Source: Polaribacter sp.
Lineage (GTDB): Bacteria > Bacteroidota > Bacteroidia > Flavobacteriales > Flavobacteriaceae
Assembly: GCA_047611925.1 (NCBI GenBank)
Contig: JBLFXB010000001.1
Span: 13,103-77,102 of the forward strand
Reading direction: 5' to 3'
DNA length: 64,000 nt
Shown here: piece after piece, positions 9,570 to 20,375 of the stretch
How positions within the stretch are numbered: position 1 is the first letter of the stretch
How the letters are laid out: the number at the start of each line of letters is the position of its first letter
Made by a program: the position numbers and the translations under genes
Notes under the pieces: model-generated
The model's database searches: none
Told to the model about the DNA's origin: nothing
Seen by the model: only the letters and a program-made list of their open reading frames with translations

Positions 9570-11630
9570 TTAAAATTGAGTAATATCATCTAAATAAATG
9601 GTGTAGTTTGCAGAACCATCACCCTGTGTTCCATTGTCCATAATCAATACTAGGTTGTAAAAATCTACTGCTGTACTAATTCCTGTAAAGTCAAATATTA
9701 ATTCTTCCCAGCCATTTGCAACTGTTGTTGTTGCTGCTATTTCTGCAGATGCAATTGTATTTGGCCAAGGTGTAGTGTCTTCAAATTTTAGTAATAAATT
9801 CAATCCTGCTCTTGGTGACCAAACTTTTACTTTCACTTTATTTTGACCAACAAATGAAAATTTCTGTAAAACAGTTATCTTAGAACCTGCCCAAGGTTGA
9901 CCAGCATTCTTTACTAATTGTGCAACCATAGCTGATGTGTTACCAGTTGTTTGAGGGTTTGAAATTATAGATATATCTCCACCATCAAAACTACTTAATG
10001 TGAATTTTGGTTCAAAGTCTAAGTATGATGCTATCGAAATATCATCAACAAAGATTGTATAATTAGCAGAACCATCTCCTTGTGTTCCATTGTCCATGAT
10101 TAACACAATATTGCTATAATCAACAGCTGCATCAACACCTGTTAGTGTAAAACTTAAGGTTTCCCAACCTCCTGCAACAGTTGTAGTTGCTGTTATTTCT
10201 GCAGTTGCTTTCGTATTTGGCCAAGGTGTAGCGTCTTCAAATTTCATTAATAAATTTAAACCAGCTCTTGGTGACCAAACTTTAGCTGTTATTGTACCAC
10301 CTTCTGTAATAGAAAAAGGTGCATTTACAGCTGTTACTTTAGATCCTGCCCAAGGCTGACCTGCATCTTTTATTAACTGCAATACCATAGAAGATGAGTT
10401 TCCATTTGAATCTGGATTTGCTACTAACGAAGTATTCCCTCCATCAAAGGCATCTAACGTATATGATGTTTCAAAATCAATTGGAGCTACATTATTAGCT
10501 ACAGAAGGTGATTTATAGAAATAAATATTATCTATAAATACAGTTCCAGCTGCCCAAGGAGTTCCAACAAACTTCATTTGAAAAATCTCAGTCACAGTTA
10601 AACCTTGATCTGTATACTCTTTTATTGGAATCTCTAAACTAGTCCATTGTCCAGCAATTAAACTTTTAGTTACTGGTTTCTCTGTGGCTGTTCCCGATGC
10701 ATTATTTATCAGCGAAGTTTCTAAATCTGTTGCATCACCTGATGTCCAAACATCGATATGTAAAAACTCCATTGAAGAAATGTCAATAGATGTACCATCT
10801 TTTAATGCTATGCCTTGATAACTTAAATTTACGTATTGTAGCATTTTATCTCCATTCAAGTCGAATTCTGCCCAACTACTCCCTTGACCAGCTTGTCCCC
10901 AATCTGGAAAATAATTAGTCTCAGTAACATCTGTATATATACTAGAATAAATAGATATAACATCAATTGCTGCTCTCGTTGGAGGTGTCGACGCTGAAGC
11001 TGCTGGTTGTACAATTTCTGTAACCGTAAATGTTTCAGCGTATTCTGTTGTAGCAATTGCAGCTCCTTTAGCCACAATTTTAATATCATAAGCTCCAGGT
11101 GTTGTATATTGATAGTTTATCGATTCACCAATATTTGCTGTTGCTACTGGTTGAGTAACTCCTGTTTCACCTGAATAAAATTCAAACATAGTTGCAAAAT
11201 CTGCAGTAGCAGTAATATTAACTTGCTTAGAAATACCGGCATCATTCTCTATTGTACTCACTAAATTTTCTGGAGCTTTAAATGAAACAACTAATTCTTG
11301 GGTTGATTCAGCTTTATCTCCATTAATATTAAATGCCTCAATTTTAACATTATAAAGACCTTCTGTATAAGTATGTTGAATATTCCCTCCTACTTTAATT
11401 TCTGCTGGTGTAGTAGTATTGTCTCCAAAATAAACTTTGTAACTATTTGCTCCTTCTGCGGTTGGTGTTATCGTAACTAAGCCTGTATTGTCTTGTGTAA
11501 CACTGTATGATGCAGACACATTAGAAGGCATAGGAAAATTGGCTGCAAAATCTAAATCATCTAGGTCTTGACAAGCAATCACTAATACTAGTAGTAAAAG
11601 TGTTTTATATATTGTTTTTATTTTTTTCAT
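9570..11630 (-). CDS. Surface glycan-binding lipoprotein with PKD-like domains and three C-terminal CBM-like modules
   Basis: Lipobox VIAC; directly downstream of susD; Trp-rich beta-sandwich modules ending in IDNI/VDDI/LDDI; no catalytic motif recognised. Confidence 0.75.
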   Translation of the reverse strand: MKKIKTIYKTLLLLVLVIACQDLDDLDFAANFPMPSNVSASYSVTQDNTGLVTITPTAEGANSYKVYFGDNTTTPAEIKVGGNIQHTYTEGLYNVKIEAFNINGDKAESTQELVVSFKAPENLVSTIENDAGISKQVNITATADFATMFEFYSGETGVTQPVATANIGESINYQYTTPGAYDIKIVAKGAAIATTEYAETFTVTEIVQPAASASTPPTRAAIDVISIYSSIYTDVTETNYFPDWGQAGQGSSWAEFDLNGDKMLQYVNLSYQGIALKDGTSIDISSMEFLHIDVWTSGDATDLETSLINNASGTATEKPVTKSLIAGQWTSLEIPIKEYTDQGLTVTEIFQMKFVGTPWAAGTVFIDNIYFYKSPSVANNVAPIDFETSYTLDAFDGGNTSLVANPDSNGNSSSMVLQLIKDAGQPWAGSKVTAVNAPFSITEGGTITAKVWSPRAGLNLLMKFEDATPWPNTKATAEITATTTVAGGWETLSFTLTGVDAAVDYSNIVLIMDNGTQGDGSANYTIFVDDISIASYLDFEPKFTLSSFDGGDISIISNPQTTGNTSAMVAQLVKNAGQPWAGSKITVLQKFSFVGQNKVKVKVWSPRAGLNLLLKFEDTTPWPNTIASAEIAATTTVANGWEELIFDFTGISTAVDFYNLVLIMDNGTQGDGSANYTIYLDDITQF
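9573..10481 (-). repeat. Intragenic tandem duplication of a ~150-aa module
   Basis: About 10040-10481 and 9573-10022 share AGQPWAGSK, KVWSPRAGLNLL.KFED.TPWPNT and VLIMDNGTQGDGSANYTI..DDI; similarity is also visible at DNA level. Confidence 0.9.
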
Positions 11631-11641
11631 CTTGTATCGTT

Positions 11642-13126
11642 TTAATATCCTGTGTTCTGAGTCCAGTTACCTTGTGAAAACTGAATTTCTTCTATAGGAA
11701 TTGGAAATACTTCATTTTTACCTACAGAGAATCCAGGAATGTTTGCTCCTCTCCCAGTTCTTACTAAATCGAAAAAGTGATGTCCCTCTCCGATTAACTC
11801 TACTCTTCTTTCATGATGAATAGCATCAGTCAAGGCTTGACCACCTAAAGAAATACTATTACTTGCATTTCCAAAAGCTCTTGCTCTTACCATATTTAAA
11901 TAAGTTTTTGCTTTACCATCGTTAGGATTCGTCTGTCTATTAAATGCCTCTGCTGCCATTAATAAAACATCTGCAAAACGAATTGCTCTATAATTATTTG
12001 GGTTTGTTAAGTTTAAATCACCTGCGGCATTTGTACTTCTTTTTCTAGGTAAATATTTTCTATTAAAGAAACCAGTATGCTCATATCCTGTAGTAAAAGA
12101 AGCACCAGTAATTGTTGACCAAGCATCAATATCTAAAATAGCAACATCTTTTCTACTATCTCCTGTTTCAAATTGATTTACCATTTCTAATGTTGGAACA
12201 TTAAAGCTAAATCCAGATGTGAATAAATCTCCTTGATACCCTCTAACTCCTTGAAATCCTACTGCAACATTTCCTTCACTACATTGTAAACATCCAAAAC
12301 CAGCACCTTCTACATCTGTATATTGAACTTCAAATACTGATCCTGTACCATTTTCTCCTATAAATTCAAATATTTTATTATAGTCAGTTTCTAAAACATA
12401 TGGTCCATTTTGAATTACATTTTCTAAGACATCTGATGCTTCATTAAATTTATCTTGAAATAAATAAACCTTACCTAATAAAGCTTGTGCTGCACCTTTT
12501 GTGGCTCTACCCGTTTGTGGAGCCAAATAAGATAAATTTGCAATTGCATATTTTAAGTCTTCTTCTATTAATTGATACACTTCTTCCTTTGGTGATCTTG
12601 GTAGTGTTTTCTCATCTCCCAAAGTGAATCTACCTTCTGGCTTAATTGGAATATCGCCAAACCATTTTACCAATTCGAAGTTATAATATGCTCTTAAAAA
12701 ACGTGCTTCACCTATATAAACTTCTTTACCTGTAAAATCTATTTTATCTTTAAATTCTATAATGTAAGCGGCTCTATTAACACCACCATACATCCAGCTC
12801 CAAAGGTTTTGCAATTGAGCGTTTACAGGTGTATGGGTCATATCATCTACTTGTTGATAGCCTGGTACATCTGTTGCACTTTCTCCTCCTGCCAATGTAT
12901 TATTTGAAGCAATTTCTCCCATCAACACATTAATAAAAGTTGATTGCAAAGGATCATAAGCTCCAACTAAAGCATTGTAATAATCTGATTCAGAATTGAA
13001 ATATGATTCTGAATCTTCTGCATATATTTTAGATTCGTCTAAATAATCATCTGAACAAGAGCTTAGTACAAGTAAACCTGTAATAAATATGATTCCTGAT
13101 TTTATTCTTTGATTGTATTTTCTCAT
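11642..13126 (-). CDS. susD: SusD/RagB family lipoprotein
   Basis: Lipobox LSSC; GEARFLRAYYNFELV, RFADVLLMAAEA, ERRVELIGEGHHFFDLVR. Confidence 0.95.
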   Translation of the reverse strand: MRKYNQRIKSGIIFITGLLVLSSCSDDYLDESKIYAEDSESYFNSESDYYNALVGAYDPLQSTFINVLMGEIASNNTLAGGESATDVPGYQQVDDMTHTPVNAQLQNLWSWMYGGVNRAAYIIEFKDKIDFTGKEVYIGEARFLRAYYNFELVKWFGDIPIKPEGRFTLGDEKTLPRSPKEEVYQLIEEDLKYAIANLSYLAPQTGRATKGAAQALLGKVYLFQDKFNEASDVLENVIQNGPYVLETDYNKIFEFIGENGTGSVFEVQYTDVEGAGFGCLQCSEGNVAVGFQGVRGYQGDLFTSGFSFNVPTLEMVNQFETGDSRKDVAILDIDAWSTITGASFTTGYEHTGFFNRKYLPRKRSTNAAGDLNLTNPNNYRAIRFADVLLMAAEAFNRQTNPNDGKAKTYLNMVRARAFGNASNSISLGGQALTDAIHHERRVELIGEGHHFFDLVRTGRGANIPGFSVGKNEVFPIPIEEIQFSQGNWTQNTGY

Positions 13127-13137
13127 CTTTCTATTTT

Positions 13138-16100
13138 TTAAAATGTAACATTTAAACCTAAAAGAAACTGTCTTGCAGAAGGATACGTACCAGAATCTAT
13201 ACCTGCTCCAATTGCTCCTCCATTAACAGTTGGGTCATAACCTGTATATTTTGTTAGTGTAAATAAGTTATTGATTGATGTATAAAGTCTCAACTTAGAT
13301 AGCCCTACTTTGCTTAATAAAGCTTCAGATAAATTGTATCCAATTTGAATATTTTGCATTCTTAAAAATGAAGCATCTTCAACAAAGAAATCTGAGAATA
13401 ACTTATTATTTGTTGCATCATTTGTTAATCGTGGAATTAAATTACTCGTTCCTTGACCTGTCCATCTACCTAAATAATAATTTGGCTTGTTTACATTTGG
13501 TAAAAATCTTTCAAAATTTCTTACCATGTCTTTTCCTAATTCGGCATATAAATAAGCTGTAAAGTCCCAGTTTTTGTATTTAGCTGAGATATTAAAGCCC
13601 ATATAAAAATCTGCTTGTGGATTACCGATGTTTGTTCTATCCTTAAAATCTATGATTCCATCATTATTAACATCTTTATATCTAATATCACCTGGTGAAG
13701 TTACGCTTGACCCCAAAGCTGCTTGGGATGGATGCGCATTAACTTCTGCTTCATTTTGAAAAAGTCCATCAGTAGTTAATCCGTAAAAGTATCCTATTGG
13801 CTGACCGACTTCCATTCTAGATGGAGCTAAGTTTCCAATTGCAAATGCGCCTCCTTCTACAAATGCACCTCCTAATACTTCTGTTACATTATTTTTTACA
13901 TAGGTAACATTGTAAGAAAGATTTATAGATAAATCATCCGTTTTTACTGCTTTGTAATTTAAAGCTAGTTCTGCACCTGTATTTTTTGATGAACCAGCAT
14001 TTACTGTTGGATTTCCACCTCCGGGAGCACCAGATCCTAAAATACCAGATACTGGGAAATTTTGAATCAATAAATCTTTTCTCGTTTCTTCAAAATAATC
14101 TGCAACTATAGAAAGTTTATCATCGAATAAGTTTATATCTAAACCAATATCAAGTTTTTCTGCAGTTTCCCAAGTTGCTTGTGGATTAGGCAAGCCACCT
14201 TGAGCAGTACCATCAACTAAAGAGCCATCGAGAACATATGTTCCTTGTCCATTTAATAAAGATCTATATAAGTTATCTCCTACTAAATTACCTAACGTAC
14301 CATAACTTGCTCTTAATTTTAAAAAGCTTATCGTTTCATTATCTTTCAAGAAATCTTCATCAGAAATTTTCCATCCAGAAGTTACAGACCAAAAGCTATC
14401 AACTCTTTCATCTTTTGCAAAAACAGAGGCTCCATCTCTTCTAACCAATCCAGAAAACAAATACTTTCCTTTGTAATCATATTGAGCTCTACCAAAAAAC
14501 GAAGTCAATCTTATATCTCCATTTCCAGTATTAAAATTTCTTTGATCACTTTGTAAGTTAGTTAAACTTATATCAGCAAAATTATATGAATTATTGGGTA
14601 CATCAAATCCTGTTGCATAAATACCATCAAATAAATCATTTTGAACACTAGTACCTAGGGTAAAAGCTGTATTATGGTCTTCCGAAAAAGTTTTTGTATA
14701 CGTAGCGAATGTTTCCCAATTTACTCTCGTTGAAGTTGATTTAAATTGATATACTGAACTTTGTGTTCTATTATAAACCTTACTTGATCCATAATCATAA
14801 GTAGGAGAAAATGATCGTTGTTTTTCGTTAAATATTTTATACCCTAATCTGGTTGTTATAGATAATCCATCAGTAGGTTTATAATTTAAACTAAAATTAC
14901 CTTCAATTCCATTTCCATTATTTTTTCCAAATGTGTTTTTAAGTAACGATAAAGGGTTTACCACTTCAATTCCTAAAAAGTTATTTGTATCATCTTCATC
15001 TACACCAAAAGTTGGAGCATAATTTAATCCATTAAATAAAAGTGAACCATCAAAACCTTCTGAAGCAGTTGTAAAATAATTTGCTATTAATGAAAAATTT
15101 AATTTTTCTGATACATCAACTCCTAAGTTAAGTTTTATATTATTTCTAATGTAATTAGATTTCTCTTTAGCAATTATACCATCTTGGTCTGTTCGTGACG
15201 CACTAATATAATAGTTCACATTTTCTCCTCCACCAGATAAACTGATATTATGATTGATTAGCATTGCATCATTAAATAGATGGTTTTGCCAGTTTGTTCC
15301 TTTTCCTAATTGGCTAATATTTGTAAAAGGCAATACTTGCCCACTTGCCGCAGATGCTTCATTTAATATCAAAGCATATTCCGTAGCATTTAAGTAGTTT
15401 AATTTACGTGTGGTTTGTTGTATTGCAGAATACGTATCATATTTTACAGTAGGTGCCTTATTTTTTTTTCCAATTTTGGTCGTTACTAAAACCACACCAT
15501 TTGCTCCTTTTATACCATAAATGGCAGCTTGAGCATCTTTTAATATTGTGATAGACTCAATATCATTTGGATTGATACTATTTAAATCTCCTTGATAACC
15601 ATCTACAATTGTTAATGGTTGGTTATTAGTATTAGAACTAATACCTCTAATTAAAATGTTGATTTTTGCCCCAGGAGCTCCGGAAGAAAGGTTTACTGCA
15701 ACACCAGAACTTGTACCTTGTAAAGCAGAGGTCGCATCTATTGGTTTTAAGATATCTAATGTCTCTTCTCCTATTACGGAAACTGAACCTGTAATATCTT
15801 TCTTTTTTTGTTTACCATAACCTACGATTACTACTTCTTCTAATTGTTGTGAATCTTCTTTCATCACAACATTTATTGTCGATTCTTTTACTGTTACTTC
15901 TTTATTTTGATATCCAACAAAACTATATACAAGTATAGATTCTTTTGATACATTTAACAATGTATAGTTACCATCAAAATCTGTTTGAGTTCCAATAATG
16001 GTGTTTTTAACTACAATGTTAACTCCTGGTAATGGATCTCCAGTAGATTCATCTGTTACTACTCCCTTAACAGTAATAATTTGTCCAAATGAATAAACCG

Positions 16101-16140
16101 TAAATAACATGAAAATAAAAAGTGAAATTTGTTTTCTCAT
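13138..16140 (-). CDS. susC: SusC/RagA TonB-dependent transporter
   Basis: N-terminal CarboxypepD_reg-like domain, DIESITILKDA..AIYG..GANGVVLVTTK plug motif, C-terminal GLNVTF. Confidence 0.96.
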   Translation of the reverse strand: MRKQISLFIFMLFTVYSFGQIITVKGVVTDESTGDPLPGVNIVVKNTIIGTQTDFDGNYTLLNVSKESILVYSFVGYQNKEVTVKESTINVVMKEDSQQLEEVVIVGYGKQKKKDITGSVSVIGEETLDILKPIDATSALQGTSSGVAVNLSSGAPGAKINILIRGISSNTNNQPLTIVDGYQGDLNSINPNDIESITILKDAQAAIYGIKGANGVVLVTTKIGKKNKAPTVKYDTYSAIQQTTRKLNYLNATEYALILNEASAASGQVLPFTNISQLGKGTNWQNHLFNDAMLINHNISLSGGGENVNYYISASRTDQDGIIAKEKSNYIRNNIKLNLGVDVSEKLNFSLIANYFTTASEGFDGSLLFNGLNYAPTFGVDEDDTNNFLGIEVVNPLSLLKNTFGKNNGNGIEGNFSLNYKPTDGLSITTRLGYKIFNEKQRSFSPTYDYGSSKVYNRTQSSVYQFKSTSTRVNWETFATYTKTFSEDHNTAFTLGTSVQNDLFDGIYATGFDVPNNSYNFADISLTNLQSDQRNFNTGNGDIRLTSFFGRAQYDYKGKYLFSGLVRRDGASVFAKDERVDSFWSVTSGWKISDEDFLKDNETISFLKLRASYGTLGNLVGDNLYRSLLNGQGTYVLDGSLVDGTAQGGLPNPQATWETAEKLDIGLDINLFDDKLSIVADYFEETRKDLLIQNFPVSGILGSGAPGGGNPTVNAGSSKNTGAELALNYKAVKTDDLSINLSYNVTYVKNNVTEVLGGAFVEGGAFAIGNLAPSRMEVGQPIGYFYGLTTDGLFQNEAEVNAHPSQAALGSSVTSPGDIRYKDVNNDGIIDFKDRTNIGNPQADFYMGFNISAKYKNWDFTAYLYAELGKDMVRNFERFLPNVNKPNYYLGRWTGQGTSNLIPRLTNDATNNKLFSDFFVEDASFLRMQNIQIGYNLSEALLSKVGLSKLRLYTSINNLFTLTKYTGYDPTVNGGAIGAGIDSGTYPSARQFLLGLNVTF

Positions 16141-16304
16141 AAAACGGGTTTTTAATTTTTCATAAATTTAACCTCAAAATGTTATGAAATCCTCAAAAAG
16201 GCACACAACAAAAATCATACATTCATAAAAAACTTAACAATTCCTTAACAATACTGATGATTAGAGGCGAAAAAAAATAAGGGAAACAAGCCTAAAAGCA
16301 CAAG

Positions 16305-16339
16305 TGTATAGGTGTTGTATAGGTGTTTTTACAAGGTGT
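16305..16339. promoter_or_regulatory. Tandem 11-bp direct repeats upstream of susC (candidate regulator binding site)
   Basis: TGTATAGGTGT at 16305 and 16316, plus a degenerate third copy ending AAGGTGT at 16339. Confidence 0.5.
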
Positions 16340-16346
16340 ATTGGTA

Positions 16347-19154
16347 TTAAATATTTAAAATGTAATCTGTTAAGCTATCATTATGCTCTAAATTCATTTT
16401 TTTCCGTAAACGATACCTTTTTACCTCTACACTTCTTGGTGAAATATTTAACAGAGGCGCAATCTCTTTAGAAGCTAAATTCAACCTCAAATAAGCACAT
16501 AATCTAAGATCATTTGGAGTAAGACTAATATGTAAAAGTTTTAATTTTTTAATAAAATCTTTATCTGCATTGTTAAATGCTTCTTTGAACACTTGCCAGT
16601 CATCAGTGTTATTAAGGTTTTTATTAATAATTTTTATTACACTTTTCACTCCTTTATCACTACCTACAATTAATTCACTTTTTATAGAACTTAACAACTC
16701 ATTCTTCTTTATGATGCTCATTGTAGAAGTAGCCAACTCTCTACTTTTACTTGCAAAATCTATGTTTAATTGATCGTTTTTCGCTTGCATCAGTTCTTTT
16801 TCGGCTGCTAGTGATATTAATTTAAAATCTTTCTCTTGTTTCTCTAATAACCTTTTTCGTTGGGTTCTATAGTAGGTTTTGTAAATTCTATCTATTAATA
16901 ACAGTATTAATAATACTATTACAATGTAACTAATAATAGCAGCTTTAGTCAAAAACCATGGGTTTTCAATCCTAAAGTTATAAGTAGCTGTATTCATGGT
17001 TGGTTCATTACCAATTTTTGCCTTAACATAAAATGTATAATCAATTCCTCTAGGTAAGTTTTCAAATGTTGCATTTGGTTTTGTAGACCACTTACTCCAA
17101 GAGCTTGTATATCCTTTTAATTTGAATTGGTATTCGACATTAATATCTTTTGTTAAGAAAGGCACATTATACCTGAAATCTAAATTATTCTCTCTATCAG
17201 TAAAAATTCCTTTATTTTTTAAAACTACGTTTTCTGGTAATTTATCTAATTGATTTTTTTTAATTGAGTTTATAGTAATACTATATGAAACTGAACGAGT
17301 TTCTATATTGTTAATATTTAAGAGAATATATCCATTATCTATTCCTAATATTTCATCATCATTAAAAATAGAAAGGTTTTCAAATCCCTGTGCCCCTTCT
17401 CTTAACTCTTCAGAAATTGGTATTTTTCTAATGTTTAATTTTTGGTTAATGCTATTTGGTTTAACATAGCTGATATATTTTTTTGAAAAACTCCATAAAA
17501 TATCTTTCTTTTCGTCATACACCAACTTACCAGTAGTATAATCATCAGAATAAATACTACTTAATAGACTATCTTTTAAAAAAACATCTTTAGTATTAGA
17601 GTATTCAAATACTCCTTTCTGATCAGAATAATATATTTTACCTCTGTATTTAATAATATTAGAGTGCAACCCTTTACCAACAATAGTATCTTTATGTGTT
17701 TCAATTATTTTTTTAAAATCAGTATCAACTTTTAATTTAAAAATACCCTTGTATTCATGATTTACAAAAATTTGATTCTTATTTATTATTTCAAAAGACC
17801 TACTTGAGTTGTTAAATCCTTTTATTTTGTTTTTTAAGCGCCATTTACCATTATTTTTTTCTAGTAAATACAACCCCGTATAATTTCCTTGAATAATTTT
17901 ATCCTCAGATATTTGCTTAACATCCCAAGTACCTTGAATGTTAATTTTGTTGATTATATTTCTTTTATCAATAATAAAAGTTCCAGCATCATGACCACAA
18001 AATAATTTGTCACCAATGATATTTAAACTCCACACTTGTCCTTCTGTGCCAGTAATTATTTTAAAACTATCATTAGAATTGTATTTTTTGACAAACAATC
18101 CTTGGTTAGTTCCTAAATACAAATCATTATTAAAATGAGTAGTTGCATAAACTGAACCGATTTTACCTTCTTTCTCTTTAAAAATCTTTATTTCTGATGT
18201 TACATTTACACTACTCACTCCTTTATCCAAACCTAACCAAACAACACCATTTTTAGTTTCATAAAGGGATAAAACGGTATTGTTTATCAATCCGTTTTTT
18301 TGAGAAATAGTATAAGATAAATCGCCATTTTCATTCAAGAAAACAACACCATTTGATATTGTTCCTAAAGCAAATCCGCCATCTTTAAGTTGAATGCTAT
18401 TGTAAATGTTTTTACTTCGTAAATTCTTATTTACTTCTTTCCAAAATTTTAAATTACCCTTTTCTAACTCAACAAAACCTTTAGTGTTAGTTAACAATAA
18501 TAGACTATTTCTCTTTTGATGAATATTAATGATATTTACCTCTTTAAAAAGTTTATGATCTGAAACTAATTTCGCTTTTCCGTTATCAACTTTATACAAT
18601 CCCTTGCCAAATTTCTGAAAATAAATAGTGTTTCTTACACTAAACATTTTTGTGATTTTAACCTCAGAGGAAATCACTTTGTATTCCTTCGTTTTTATAT
18701 TGAAAAAATAGATTCTTTGTAATGATTGAAATAATATCCAATCATCCAATTGAATAATATTCCAAAATTGCTCATCTTCTATGACTGGAATATTATACTT
18801 TGAGACTAATGAAGTAAAATACAACTTTCCAAAATCATTTTTCAACCAATACCCAAAATCCATATAGAACCCTGTAAATATTTTATCTTCAATAATTTTT
18901 ACAGACCTTATTATTGTAGCATTAGGCGTTTTATACAATTCCCATTTCGCACCATTAAACTCAAGTAAACCTAAGTTATTAGCAACATATAAGTTTCCTT
19001 CTTTTGACTGTGAGATAGACCAATTCTGAGCTTCTGCACTATATTCTTTTGGTAAGAAATTATTAACAGGAGGTAGTTCTTGAGCAGCTGACATACTAAT
19101 AGATAGCGTGCTAATTAGCAGAAAACATATATATTTAATCTGTATCAAGTGCAA
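16347..19154 (-). CDS. Membrane-spanning PUL regulator: periplasmic beta-propeller + Y_Y_Y domain + TM + LuxR-type HTH
   Basis: QNWSISQ, LGTNQGLF, YQFKLKGY..WSKW, a TM segment, and LTPNDLRLCAYLRLNLASKEIAPLLNISPRSVEVKRYRLRKK. Start codon uncertain. Confidence 0.9.
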   Translation of the reverse strand: MHLIQIKYICFLLISTLSISMSAAQELPPVNNFLPKEYSAEAQNWSISQSKEGNLYVANNLGLLEFNGAKWELYKTPNATIIRSVKIIEDKIFTGFYMDFGYWLKNDFGKLYFTSLVSKYNIPVIEDEQFWNIIQLDDWILFQSLQRIYFFNIKTKEYKVISSEVKITKMFSVRNTIYFQKFGKGLYKVDNGKAKLVSDHKLFKEVNIINIHQKRNSLLLLTNTKGFVELEKGNLKFWKEVNKNLRSKNIYNSIQLKDGGFALGTISNGVVFLNENGDLSYTISQKNGLINNTVLSLYETKNGVVWLGLDKGVSSVNVTSEIKIFKEKEGKIGSVYATTHFNNDLYLGTNQGLFVKKYNSNDSFKIITGTEGQVWSLNIIGDKLFCGHDAGTFIIDKRNIINKINIQGTWDVKQISEDKIIQGNYTGLYLLEKNNGKWRLKNKIKGFNNSSRSFEIINKNQIFVNHEYKGIFKLKVDTDFKKIIETHKDTIVGKGLHSNIIKYRGKIYYSDQKGVFEYSNTKDVFLKDSLLSSIYSDDYTTGKLVYDEKKDILWSFSKKYISYVKPNSINQKLNIRKIPISEELREGAQGFENLSIFNDDEILGIDNGYILLNINNIETRSVSYSITINSIKKNQLDKLPENVVLKNKGIFTDRENNLDFRYNVPFLTKDINVEYQFKLKGYTSSWSKWSTKPNATFENLPRGIDYTFYVKAKIGNEPTMNTATYNFRIENPWFLTKAAIISYIVIVLLILLLIDRIYKTYYRTQRKRLLEKQEKDFKLISLAAEKELMQAKNDQLNIDFASKSRELATSTMSIIKKNELLSSIKSELIVGSDKGVKSVIKIINKNLNNTDDWQVFKEAFNNADKDFIKKLKLLHISLTPNDLRLCAYLRLNLASKEIAPLLNISPRSVEVKRYRLRKKMNLEHNDSLTDYILNI

Positions 19155-19797
19155 AAAAGTATTATTATTATTATTATAATTACAATAATAATACTTTTTA
19201 TCCTATTAAATAAAGGTTCGTTAACATAAGGACGGTGAAAATATATTATGACTAATAGGATATTGATTATATTTATGCTAATAAAAGATTAGTTAATAGA
19301 GTTAAAATTGAACTATCTTACATTCTTAACAAGAAACCAAACCTTAATTAGTTCCTTTTGTTTGATAAGATCAACCAAAGGAAAGAAAAATACTAAACCT
19401 ATACCACAACTATTATTAAATAAAGCAAAGTTACAGAGTTATTTCATTTCTTATAAAATTCTTTTTCTTCCTTAAATCAGAAATACTTAAATAATCTAAA
19501 ATAATATGATTCGTCTATAAATTCTCTACAAAGAACAATTTATTTATATAACTGCATTTTTAATTATTTTTAACATCTAAAGTTTTTTTGTTGTGAATAT
19601 TTATAGAAATAGCCCCTAATGAAAACACATCCAATAAGCCACATAGAAAGAGTTCTATATCCTAACAGAAAGTTGAAATATGATACGTTTACATTACGAT
19701 TTAGAGATTAATTTTGAAGCAATAGATGCCATTTACAATTTGTAACATCAAATAGTAATACTCAATAACAAATTAACGAATTAACTGTTAATTTTCA

Positions 19798-20263
19798 CAT
19801 GCTATTGATGGCTATTTAGCAAGAAAAATTAAAAAGAACAAGTCCGCGAGGTTCTCAATTAGATTCAATTGGCGATCAAATAACAATGGCTGCTGGTTTA
19901 GTAGGATTGTTTTATTTTGAGCTCGATTTTATTAAAAAAAATATCATTTTAATTTTAGTTGCATTTACCCCTTATTTAATACAGATGGAAATAACTTATG
20001 CTAGGTAAGGTAAGGTAACTGCATTTCATACTTATTTAGCAAAAATTTCTACTGTATTACAAAATGCTTTTATTTTATGGGCTTTGTTTTACACTCCAAT
20101 ATACAGCTTATTTTACACAATGATTATTATAGGCTTATTAGAGACTCTTGAAGAAATATTACTCATTTTTATGTACAATAATTGGGTTTTGGATGTGAAA
20201 AACATTTACTCTGCTTATAAGGATGAAAGAAGATTAAATAAAAAACAAAAACGTATTCTTTAG
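19798..20263 (+). pseudogene. CDP-alcohol phosphatidyltransferase pseudogene
   Basis: Reconstructed DGYLARK-(extra A near 19824-19828)-LKRTSPRGSQLDSIGD matches the DG..AR...G..LD...D motif; in-frame TAA at 20006-20008; no intact 5' end. Confidence 0.85.
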
Positions 20264-20375
20264 TTATAATTAATGTCAAAGTGTACCCAAAACATTTACC
20301 AGCAGAAATTATATTCTGTATCGAAAATAAGTTTTATTTGCTATAGTTCACCTTTGCTTTCTTTTTTAGTTACGA

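Noticed and set aside
16305-16339. CRISPR-like or other repeat array
   Set aside because: Units are only 11 bp with no spacers and no cas genes; no CRISPR array was seen anywhere in the window.
19620-19712. Short ORF MKTHPISHIERVLYPNRKLKYDTFTLRFRD
   Set aside because: 30 codons with no recognisable family or supporting signals.
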